From Dehalococcoidia bacterium (GTDB lineage Bacteria; Chloroflexota; Dehalococcoidia; DSTF01; RBG-16-68-14): a DNA stretch of 20,000 nucleotides. The stretch lies in contig JBBEBM010000029.1 in the NCBI GenBank assembly GCA_040882355.1, positions 111,869 to 131,868 of the forward strand. Direction: 5' to 3'. The notes under the pieces were generated by a model, which saw nothing but the letters and a program-made list of their open reading frames with translations, searched no databases and was not told where the DNA came from. A program made the position numbers and the translations under genes. This document shows, piece after piece, positions 1 through 7,078 of this stretch (positions are counted from its first letter, which is position 1; the number at the start of each line of letters is the position of its first letter).

Positions 1-1014
1 GACGTACTCGCGGATGCGCTCGGCGACTTGGTCGTAGCTGCCGACGAGCGCGGTGCCGGCGCCCCGGCGCACCAGGCCGATGCCGGACCAGAGGTTTGGT
101 GAGACGGTGAGCGCGTCGCGGTCCAGGCGGCCTTTGTGCAGCTCCGCCATGCGCTTCTGGCCGACCGACTCGGTCTGCGCGAAGCGCTGCTGCGCGCGCT
201 CGATCTGGTCCGGCGCCATCGAGTCGAGCAGGTGGTCTGTCACGGCCCAGGCGTCCTCCTCGCGCTCGCGGGCGATGACGTGGAAGCGGATGCCGAAGCG
301 CAGCGAGCGGCCTTCGTCGGCGGCCAGCTTGCGCATTCGCGCGACACGCTCTGCCACCCACTCCGGCGGCTCGCCCCAGAGGAGGTAGACGTCGGCATGG
401 CGGGCCGCGACCCGCTCCGCCGCCGGCGACGCCCCGCCGAAGTAGATGGGCGGCATTGGCGGCGGGCCTTCGTGGCCGAACGGCGTCTTGAGGCCGCCGC
501 CGTGGACAGGATAGAAGGTCCCGTCGTGGTCGAAGGGCGGCTGCCAGCACTTGCGCAGTACCGAGAGGAACTCGTCGGTGCGCTCGTATCGGGCGTCGTG
601 GTCGAGGAAGTCGCCGAAGCTCTGCTGCTCGTCGGCGTCGCCGCCGGTGACGATGTTGACGAGCGCGCGCCCGTTCGAGATGCGCTGCATCGTCGCCGCC
701 ATCTGCGCGGCCAGCGTCGGCAAGATGAGCCCGGGCCGGAAGGCGACGAGGAAGCGCAGGCGCTCCGTATCGGCGGCGAGCGCGGCTGCGATCAGCCACG
801 GGTCCTCGCACTGCGAGCCGGTTGGCGTGAGCACGCCGGCGAAGCCGAGGCGGTCGGCCGCCTTCGCGATGAGGCGCAGGTAGTCGATGTCGGCGCGGCG
901 TCCCTGCACGTCGTTCTTGGCCGACCCATCGGCCGCAAAGAAGTCGACGATCGATCGGCCGTCGCCCCACGTCGGGAGGAACCAGTGCATCTCGAGCTGC
1001 GCGCCGTTCGTCAT
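1..1014 (-). CDS. LLM-class flavin-dependent oxidoreductase, alkanesulfonate monooxygenase SsuD-like (3' end runs off the window)
   Basis: Missing from the ORF track because it is truncated. Manual translation from ATG at 1014 (GAGG RBS upstream) gives MTNGAQLEMHWFLPTWGDGR...YLRLIAKAADRLGFAGVLTPTGSQCEDPW...FLVAFRPG...VNIVTGGD...RYERTDEFL...PIYFGGASPAA...LWGEPP...PNLWSGIGLVRRGAGTALVGS, which are typical SsuD-family motifs. Confidence 0.9.
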   Translation of the reverse strand, partial: MTNGAQLEMHWFLPTWGDGRSIVDFFAADGSAKNDVQGRRADIDYLRLIAKAADRLGFAGVLTPTGSQCEDPWLIAAALAADTERLRFLVAFRPGLILPTLAAQMAATMQRISNGRALVNIVTGGDADEQQSFGDFLDHDARYERTDEFLSVLRKCWQPPFDHDGTFYPVHGGGLKTPFGHEGPPPMPPIYFGGASPAAERVAARHADVYLLWGEPPEWVAERVARMRKLAADEGRSLRFGIRFHVIAREREEDAWAVTDHLLDSMAPDQIERAQQRFAQTESVGQKRMAELHKGRLDRDALTVSPNLWSGIGLVRRGAGTALVGSYDQVAERIREYV

Positions 1015-1126
1015 CGTCGTCCTCGCTTCTGTGTGGTTCGTTGCCACCGGGGCGCCTCCACCATCATACAAGTAAGCCGATCGGAAGATGCTTCGCACAC
1101 GCGAAGACGACGATACTGAGAGCGGG

Positions 1127-2269
1127 ATGACAATGAACGGCGATACCGGGCGGTACAAGGACCGCGAACGGCTCGACTCGCGCTCGGCCATGGCGTCTGA
1201 GGTGATCCACGGCCTGAACCTACCGCAGGCGCCGACTCCGAGAACGGGACCGCCGGTGCTCCTGGGACTCGCGTTCCTGGCGTATCTCGGCGTGTTCTTC
1301 GGCCTGCTGCTCACGTCGCCGTTTAGCGAGCTCACCCTCACGGCGGTCACGGATCTGCTGGGGATTGCGCCACCCTTCGTCGCGTGCGCCCTGTCGGTCA
1401 ACGCGGAACGGAGGTCCGCCGGTCAGGTCCGCGTGGCGTGGCGCTGTATCGCAGTGGGCTGTTTCGCGTGGGGCCTCGGCGAAGTGATCTGGACGGTGTA
1501 TGAGGTTGGCCTGGACCGCCAGCCGTTTCCATCGATGGCGGATGCCGGATACCTGGCGATGCTCCCGCTGATGGCCGTGGGTGTACTGCTCCTCTCGTCG
1601 CGACGCCGTAGCCTAACCGACATCACCCCCAACTTCGATGGCATTGCCCTGGTGCTGACGCTCGCCGCCTTCCTGTGGTTCTTCGTCCTGCACCCGACGT
1701 ACACGGAGAGCGGGGCGACCTTTCAGGAGAAGGCGATCGGCGGGGCCTATCCGATCGGCGACGTTGTGCTCGCCTATTGGGTGCTCGTGGCGATCCGCCG
1801 TCAGTGGGGATTTCGAGAGGGCGCCGTCCTCTCGGTTCTGCTCGGGGGCATGCTGGCGCTGATCGCGGCGGACGTGGGCTTCGCCTATCAGACGTTGGAA
1901 GGCACCTACGCGACGTCCTCGATCGTGAACCTAGCGTGGCCCGCTGGGTTCCTGCTCATCGGTTACGCGGCGGCGCTCAGCGGCGGCTGGGGCCTTGCAT
2001 ATGCGGAAGCCGAGCCTGGTGAGCCGCGCTTCTGGAGCGAGCTCCTGCCGCTTGGCCTCCTCCCACCGATGGGTTTGATCGGGCTGCTCGCCCTCCGCAA
2101 CGAAGGATTGATGATCAGCGTGCCCTTGCTCGTGATGTTAGGTGTGGCGAGTGTCGCGGTCGTGGCGCGCCTCGCGCTCGACCTCGGGCTGGCGGAGGAG
2201 CTGGACGAGTCGCGCCAGCGCCTATCGTTCTGGATGGGCGGCGACGAGGAGCACGACCGGGCCGCCTAG
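1127..2269 (+). CDS. Multi-pass integral membrane protein resembling the membrane sensor module usually fused to GGDEF/EAL or kinase domains; no output domain
   Basis: ORF 1088..2269 with about 9-10 hydrophobic segments and motifs AW..IAVG...WGLGE.IW..YE, PFPS.AD.GYL and AYPIGD. Start uncertain (1088, 1127, 1133 or 1190). Confidence 0.7.
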   Translation: MTMNGDTGRYKDRERLDSRSAMASEVIHGLNLPQAPTPRTGPPVLLGLAFLAYLGVFFGLLLTSPFSELTLTAVTDLLGIAPPFVACALSVNAERRSAGQVRVAWRCIAVGCFAWGLGEVIWTVYEVGLDRQPFPSMADAGYLAMLPLMAVGVLLLSSRRRSLTDITPNFDGIALVLTLAAFLWFFVLHPTYTESGATFQEKAIGGAYPIGDVVLAYWVLVAIRRQWGFREGAVLSVLLGGMLALIAADVGFAYQTLEGTYATSSIVNLAWPAGFLLIGYAAALSGGWGLAYAEAEPGEPRFWSELLPLGLLPPMGLIGLLALRNEGLMISVPLLVMLGVASVAVVARLALDLGLAEELDESRQRLSFWMGGDEEHDRAA

Positions 2270-2625
2270 CGGGCGTCGAGCTGCGCGACGAGCACCTTCG
2301 GCGCGACGGCGCGATACGCATCTTCGCCGATGCCGGCGATCTCGTCCCAGTCGACCGGCATGTCCAACCACACGCCCAGCCAGCCACGGTAACCGACGTA
2401 GGGCGGAACGAAGTAGCGCTCGGGCGCTGCCTGAACGAGGACGTCCTGCGCGCCCGCGGGAGCGGCACACCAGAAGGCAAGCCTATCGTCGTGGTGGTGG
2501 TCCGCGTACATCACGAAGGTCTTGGCGCGCACGAACCAGGCGGGCTCGCCGTGGCTCAGCCGTTCGGTGGTCTCAGGGAACGACAGGCAAAGCCGGCGCA
2601 GCCTGGTCAGCGGGGCGTTCGCCAT
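2266..2625 (-). CDS. MmcQ/YjbR family protein
   Basis: 119 aa with LRRLCLSFPETTERLSHGEPAWFVRAKTF...YFVPPYVGYRGWLG...DWDEI...AYRAVAPK. Confidence 0.85.
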   Translation of the reverse strand: MANAPLTRLRRLCLSFPETTERLSHGEPAWFVRAKTFVMYADHHHDDRLAFWCAAPAGAQDVLVQAAPERYFVPPYVGYRGWLGVWLDMPVDWDEIAGIGEDAYRAVAPKVLVAQLDAR

Positions 2626-2651
2626 GCCGTGAGCGCACGAGGTTGCTGGCG

Positions 2652-2960
2652 CTAACCCACCTTCTGCTTCTCGAGCGTTCCGTCAAACCACTCGGGATCG
2701 GCAACGAGATACGAGCGCAGCTCCTCGTACCAGGCGGTCTGGTCAGGATCGTTGGAGTTGGCGTCGTACGTGGCTTTGTCGGCGAAGCAGGCGACGGCCA
2801 TGAACTCGTCGGGGTCGTTGACGTTGGAGCTGAGCTCGCCGCGGACGAACCCCCTTGCCACCGGCCGCCTGTCGCGGAACCAGCGGTCGAACAGGTCGAT
2901 GATGCGCTGGCGCTCGCCGGGCTTGGCCTTCATCTTGAAGTGCGTTACGTGAGGTGCCAT
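2652..2960 (-). CDS. Antibiotic biosynthesis monooxygenase (ABM)-like dimeric alpha+beta barrel protein
   Basis: Start re-assigned to ATG at 2960 (AGGAG RBS upstream), 102 aa. Sequence MKAKPG...DPDEF...F.DKATYDANSNDPDQ.AWYEELR..L.ADPEW.DG fits the ABM pattern. Confidence 0.7.
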   Translation of the reverse strand: MAPHVTHFKMKAKPGERQRIIDLFDRWFRDRRPVARGFVRGELSSNVNDPDEFMAVACFADKATYDANSNDPDQTAWYEELRSYLVADPEWFDGTLEKQKVG

Positions 2961-3216
2961 TCGAACTCCTCTTCTCTGGGCCTGAGCATGGGCCCACCAT
3001 GCACGGTGGAGCTGGCGGCAGCCTGATGCTCCCGCTGTCCTGGCGTATGGTAGCTCGTGTTCATGTTGACAGGCCAGAGCATCGTGAGGCGGCACGCCGA
3101 ACCGCAGTGCAAGGAGACGGACGCATGTGAGCGGCGGAGTAGGACGAAGGCGCGGTCGCCGGGATGGCCGGCCGCTTCTGGGCAGGCCCGGTCCTCACGC
3201 GGTATCATGCTCGACG

Positions 3217-3597
3217 ATGCCAGACGAACCGACGGTGCTCAACGACCTCACGCCTGAAGAGCGGAGCGTGATCGAGTTCAAGGGCACCGAGCCGCCGTTC
3301 ACGGGCGAATACGATGACCTCTTCGAGCCCGGCACGTATGTTTGCCGGCGCTGCAACGCGCCCCTGTATCGCTCCGGCGACAAGTTCGACGCGCATTGCG
3401 GCTGGCCAGCATTCGACGACGAGATCGAGGGCGCTGTCCACCGCCTGCCCGACCCAGACGGCATGCGCATAGAGATCGAGTGCGCCAACTGCGGCGGGCA
3501 CCTGGGGCACGTCTTCCTCGGCGAGGGCTTCACGCCTAAGAACACGCGCCACTGCGTGAACTCGCTCTCGATGAAGTTCGTCCCGGGCGAGGCGTGA
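3217..3597 (+). CDS. msrB: Peptide-methionine (R)-S-oxide reductase MsrB
   Basis: KGTEPPFTGEY, CRRC, HCGWPAF, CANCGGHLGHVF and RHCVNS (Zn-type, catalytic Cys). Start ATG 3217 lies 8 nt after TATCAT. Confidence 0.96.
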   Translation: MPDEPTVLNDLTPEERSVIEFKGTEPPFTGEYDDLFEPGTYVCRRCNAPLYRSGDKFDAHCGWPAFDDEIEGAVHRLPDPDGMRIEIECANCGGHLGHVFLGEGFTPKNTRHCVNSLSMKFVPGEA

Positions 3598-3642
3598 CAG
3601 CGGCGTCCGGCGTTCCAGATTCGCTGCCAGATTTTACAGACG

Positions 3643-3669
3643 TTTAAGAATCTTCGCACAGGCCGATAA
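3643..3669 (+). promoter_or_regulatory. Candidate sigma-28 (FliA/SigD/WhiG-type) promoter
   Basis: Perfect GCCGATAA at 3662-3669, with TTTAAG at 3643-3648 (13-15 nt spacer depending on register), in an AT-rich intergenic patch. Confidence 0.5.
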
Positions 3670-3717
3670 CGGTCACGCGCGATACTACAGTCAACCTCTT
3701 ACCACAGGCGAAACGCA

Positions 3718-3758
3718 GTAAGAACCGCGAGCATGGCTCCCCCACTCGCGGTTCTTGC
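3718..3758 (+). terminator. Stem-loop between convergent msrB and comM (possible terminator or sRNA 3' end)
   Basis: AAGAACCGCGAG (3720-3731) pairs with CTCGCGGTTCTT (3745-3756), a perfect 12-bp inverted repeat. It extends by U-G and G-C pairs on the + strand. Confidence 0.65.
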
Positions 3759-3913
3759 TATCTGGAACCCGCCCATGGCATGTTCGCCGGCACCTCCCCG
3801 ATGGCGCCGCGCGTGGCCCCGGCCTTGAGATTGGGCCCGGCAGTGGTACCCGCGTCGGGCGCGGTCGTTGGGACGATGGTGAGAACCAGCACCGACGACA
3901 TGGTTGCAGGCCC

Positions 3914-5443
3914 CTACGCCCGCACGCGCTGGCGGTACTGCACGGCCTCCGCCAGGTGCGGCGAGCAGATGCGCTCCGAGCCAGCCATGTCGGCGATGGT
4001 GCGGGCGAGCTTGAGCACGCGGTGGAACGCCCGCGCCGAGAGCGAAAGCTGGGTCATGGCCAGGCGGAGGAGCGCCTGCGCCTGCTCGTCGAGCGCGGAC
4101 TGGCAGAAGCGCCGCACTTCGCTCGGCGTCATCTCGGCGTTGCAGACGAACCGGCTTTCGACGAAGCGCGCCGATTGCACGACCCGCGAGCGCTGGACGC
4201 GTTCGCGGACCGCCGACGACGGCTCGCCGAGCGTGTTCGCCGCGAGCTTTTCGTAATCGACGCGGGGCACGTCGATGAAGATGTCGATGCGGTCGAGGAG
4301 CGGGCCGGAGATGCGCTTCTGGTAGCGCGTGACGGACGATTCGGAACAGGTGCAGTCGCGGGTGGAGTCGCCGCGGTAGCCGCACTGGCACGGGTTCATC
4401 GAGCTGACCATCATGAAGTTCGCCGGGAAGGTGACGGTGCCCTGCGCCCTCGAGATCGTGACCACCCTGTCTTCGAGCGGCTGGCGCAGGACCTCGAGCA
4501 CCTGCGGGCCAAACTCCGGCAGCTCGTCCAGGAAGAGGACGCCGCGATGGCTCAGGCTGATCTCGCCCGGCCGCGGGTTGCGGCCGCCTCCCACGAGACC
4601 CGCGTGGCTGATCGTGTGGTGGGGAGCGCGGAAGGGACGCTGGGTGATCAGCGGCGTCTCCGAGGGGAGCAGGCCGCTGACGCTGTAGATCTTCGTCACC
4701 TCCAGCGCCTCGTTGGACGACATCGGCGGCAGGATCGAGGGCAGAGCGCGCGCGAGTAGGGTCTTGCCGGCGCCCGGCGGCCCGGTCATGAGGACGTTGT
4801 GGCCGCCGCTCGCGGCGACCTCCAGCGCGCGCTTGACGTGCTCCTGGCCGCGCACCTCGGCGAAGTCGGTGCCCTCCCAGAAGTGCTCCGCGGGCGGCGG
4901 AAGGTTGTCGCGGGAGAACTCGGCGATCGGCTCCGTCTCGCTGAGGTGCGCGACGAGCTGGGCGAGGCTGCGCACGGGGAGGATGCGCACGCGGTCGATG
5001 AGCGCGGCTTCGCCAGCGTCCGGCTCAGGCACGTAGGCGGTGGCGATGCCGCGCTGTTGCGCGAGGCCGACCATCGGCAGGACGCCGTGCGCGTGACGGA
5101 CGGCGCCATCGAGGGCGAGCTCGCCCAAAAAGACCGCGCCCTCCACCTCGCCGACGACCTGCTGCGACGCGATCAGCACGCCGACGGCGATCGGCAGGTC
5201 ATAGGATGGGCCCTCCTTGCGCAGATCGGCCGGTGCAAGGTTGACGGTGATGCGCTTGAGCGGAAAGTTGAAGCCGGAGTTCTTGATCGCGGAGCGGACG
5301 CGCTCCTTCGCCTCCTGGACCGCTGCGTCGGGCAGGCCGACGATCTGGAAGTTGACGTTGCCGTAGGCGACGTCGACCTCCACCTCGATCAGCTCGCCGT
5401 CGAGGCCGACCACTGCACAGGAAAGAACCTTCGCGAGGGGCAT
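3914..5443 (-). CDS. comM: YifB/ComM family Mg-chelatase-like AAA+ ATPase
   Basis: 509 aa with IVGLPDAAVQEAKERVRSA, NLAPADLRKEG, Walker A GPPGAGKT, RPFRAPHHT, GVLFLDELPEF, NPCQCG, ISGPLLDRID and ARTIAD. GGAGG RBS upstream. Confidence 0.95.
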   Translation of the reverse strand: MPLAKVLSCAVVGLDGELIEVEVDVAYGNVNFQIVGLPDAAVQEAKERVRSAIKNSGFNFPLKRITVNLAPADLRKEGPSYDLPIAVGVLIASQQVVGEVEGAVFLGELALDGAVRHAHGVLPMVGLAQQRGIATAYVPEPDAGEAALIDRVRILPVRSLAQLVAHLSETEPIAEFSRDNLPPPAEHFWEGTDFAEVRGQEHVKRALEVAASGGHNVLMTGPPGAGKTLLARALPSILPPMSSNEALEVTKIYSVSGLLPSETPLITQRPFRAPHHTISHAGLVGGGRNPRPGEISLSHRGVLFLDELPEFGPQVLEVLRQPLEDRVVTISRAQGTVTFPANFMMVSSMNPCQCGYRGDSTRDCTCSESSVTRYQKRISGPLLDRIDIFIDVPRVDYEKLAANTLGEPSSAVRERVQRSRVVQSARFVESRFVCNAEMTPSEVRRFCQSALDEQAQALLRLAMTQLSLSARAFHRVLKLARTIADMAGSERICSPHLAEAVQYRQRVRA

Positions 5444-5586
5444 CCGTCCTCCGGTTCAGACTAGTGATCGCCCGGGCCTGGTCGATACCTGCAAGGGCCT
5501 GCTGTCACATCTTTGTTTTGCAAAATCGCCTTCTTCTGTCTATGCCAATGCTCAGTTGCGAATCGCTCGACTTGGGCCGCGCCTCT

Positions 5587-5616
5587 GTTATGCCACATGG
5601 AACGCCTGTTCTGCAA
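5587..5616 (-). promoter_or_regulatory. Sigma-70 promoter for comM with a LexA-type box in the spacer
   Basis: The minus strand reads TTGCAG-N18-CATAAC with an extended TG. GAAC-N4-GTTC lies at 5600-5611. Confidence 0.55.
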
Positions 5617-5632
5617 GGGCAGCACTATAAGG

Positions 5633-6301
5633 TCATTTCGGGAGCCGGGGCGTGTAGGTGACTGACACCATCTGGAAACCCGAGGGAAGGTCATCGTCTC
5701 CGAACAACGGCACGGGCGGGCCGCTGAGCTCGAACGCGTTGCCGATTGGAGGAAGGCGGTCGATCGTGGCCACCATGCGCAGAGCGTCCTTGTTGTGGAG
5801 CAGGCGGCCCGAGATCTCTCCTTCGAAGTAGATCGCGAAGTCGTCGTTGGCCAGTTGGGATGACGCGGCCACCTCGTCCGATGTCCCGATCGAGAACAGC
5901 GGACCGTCGGATGCCAGGTTCCCGACGCCATCGCCGGCGCTGAAGCGGATCCCTTCCGCTTCCAGCACCATGCTGACGATCTCCAGGTCGAGATGATTGC
6001 GATGGCGCTCGTCGGCCGGGTCGGCCCGCTGGGCATCCGAGCGGAAGACGGTCGTCGGGCCGCGCACGTCTACCGTGAGATCGGCGACGCCGTCCATGGT
6101 GAGGTCCACACCAACGACCGCGACCGCATCGAACGTCACCGTGCCCGACGTCACCTCATCGATCCAATGAGGGCCGGGACCGAAGAGCGGGAACCCGGTC
6201 GTCACCGGAATGCTGGGGTCAGCAGACGAGCTGTCCCTGCATCCCGCGAGCATCCCGGCCGCCATGACCGCGCAAACAACCATCATGCGACGCGCGTCCA
6301 T
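5633..6301 (-). CDS. Hypothetical lipoprotein with a beta-rich domain
   Basis: 222 aa. Signal peptide with RR, a hydrophobic core and lipobox LAG-C, followed by a Ser-rich linker. Confidence 0.75.
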   Translation of the reverse strand: MDARRMMVVCAVMAAGMLAGCRDSSSADPSIPVTTGFPLFGPGPHWIDEVTSGTVTFDAVAVVGVDLTMDGVADLTVDVRGPTTVFRSDAQRADPADERHRNHLDLEIVSMVLEAEGIRFSAGDGVGNLASDGPLFSIGTSDEVAASSQLANDDFAIYFEGEISGRLLHNKDALRMVATIDRLPPIGNAFELSGPPVPLFGDDDLPSGFQMVSVTYTPRLPK

Positions 6302-6482
6302 TTGTGTCTACCGCCTGTCATCGCCTATCGAGCGTGCGCTCCTGATGTGCCCTGCTGCAAGCGGACGTGCCGCCAGAACGGGCGGTGTGAGTATGCGCGA
6401 ACGACCGCGAGGGGCGCAAGCGCTCGTTCGATGCGAGCGCCGCCACACGGGCATCGAACAAGGGTACGAGGCGCTGCGCGGT

Positions 6483-6881
6483 TCAGACGGTGACGGGCCG
6501 CAGCGCCGTAACCGGCGGGTGCGCGAACTCGATGAGCAGCGCGTGATCGCGCAGCTCGAAGCGCGTGACGGTTTCGGGGCTGTCGGCGTCGCCCTTCCAC
6601 TGGATCGTAACCCGGTCGTCGGTGTCCAGCTTGGAAAGCGCCCACCTGACGACCTCACTGGCGGCCTCCAGGTGGAGGGGAGGCCACGCTTCGCCGACCT
6701 CCCGAATCGCGCGCGCCAGCCTGGGCCGGCCGAACTTCTCGTTGAGGTCCTCGACGATGCTGACGACATCGTCGCCAGCCTGCAGGCGCTGATAGATCTC
6801 GTGTCCGTCGTTGAGAATAAGCGGGGTCTGGAAGATGGCGTTCAGCAGTTCCATCGACTCAAGGCATCCGGGGACGGCCAT
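6483..6881 (-). CDS. Hypothetical protein (132 aa), divergent from the LuxR regulator
   Basis: Strong AAAGGAGG RBS upstream of the ATG and globular-like composition. No family recognised. Confidence 0.75.
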   Translation of the reverse strand: MAVPGCLESMELLNAIFQTPLILNDGHEIYQRLQAGDDVVSIVEDLNEKFGRPRLARAIREVGEAWPPLHLEAASEVVRWALSKLDTDDRVTIQWKGDADSPETVTRFELRDHALLIEFAHPPVTALRPVTV

Positions 6882-6955
6882 GGAAGACTACCTCCTTTGC
6901 GCCGGTCGACATCCGGTGCTCGCGCCAGTAACGGACTAGCGTCGGAAGCCGGCGC

Positions 6956-6964
6956 TGCTACAAT
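6956..6964 (+). promoter_or_regulatory. Extended -10 promoter candidate upstream of the LuxR gene
   Basis: TGcTACAAT. The same 12-mer CTGCTACAATGT recurs at 15064-15075 upstream of the SH3 gene. Confidence 0.45.
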
Positions 6965-7041
6965 GTGCTGCTAGGTGGTTGGTAGTTGCCCCAGGGCCCT
7001 GGAGACTATTACGGGACCCCCCTGCTTAGGCATTCTCGGGC

Positions 7042-7076
7042 TTGACAGCGAGTCGCACATGTGTAGGACGACACAT
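7042..7076 (+). promoter_or_regulatory. TTGACA box plus palindromic operator candidate
   Basis: TTGACA at 7042-7047 and ATGTGT-N6-ACACAT at 7059-7076, directly before ATG 7079. Confidence 0.45.
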
Positions 7077-7078
7077 TT

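Noticed and set aside
1091..1106. Palindrome CTTCGC-ACAC-GCGAAG and GACGATAC as a possible sigma-28 site
   Set aside because: There is no matching -35 element, and a 6-bp arm is weak evidence on its own.
136..1119. 327-aa + strand ORF and similar long ORFs (3755..4759, 13772..14674, 16296..17777, 18995..19780)
   Set aside because: These are antisense shadows of genuine genes, as expected in high-GC DNA.
3758..3901. Short minus-strand ORF downstream of comM (MSSVLVLTIVP...)
   Set aside because: No RBS and no recognisable protein features.
3914..5443. comM as a mobile-element integration hotspot
   Set aside because: The gene is intact and no integrase or att-like repeats are visible.
5510..5600. 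Sigma-54 promoter suggested by TGGCA and TTGC words
   Set aside because: The GG-N10-GC spacing is not satisfied on either strand.
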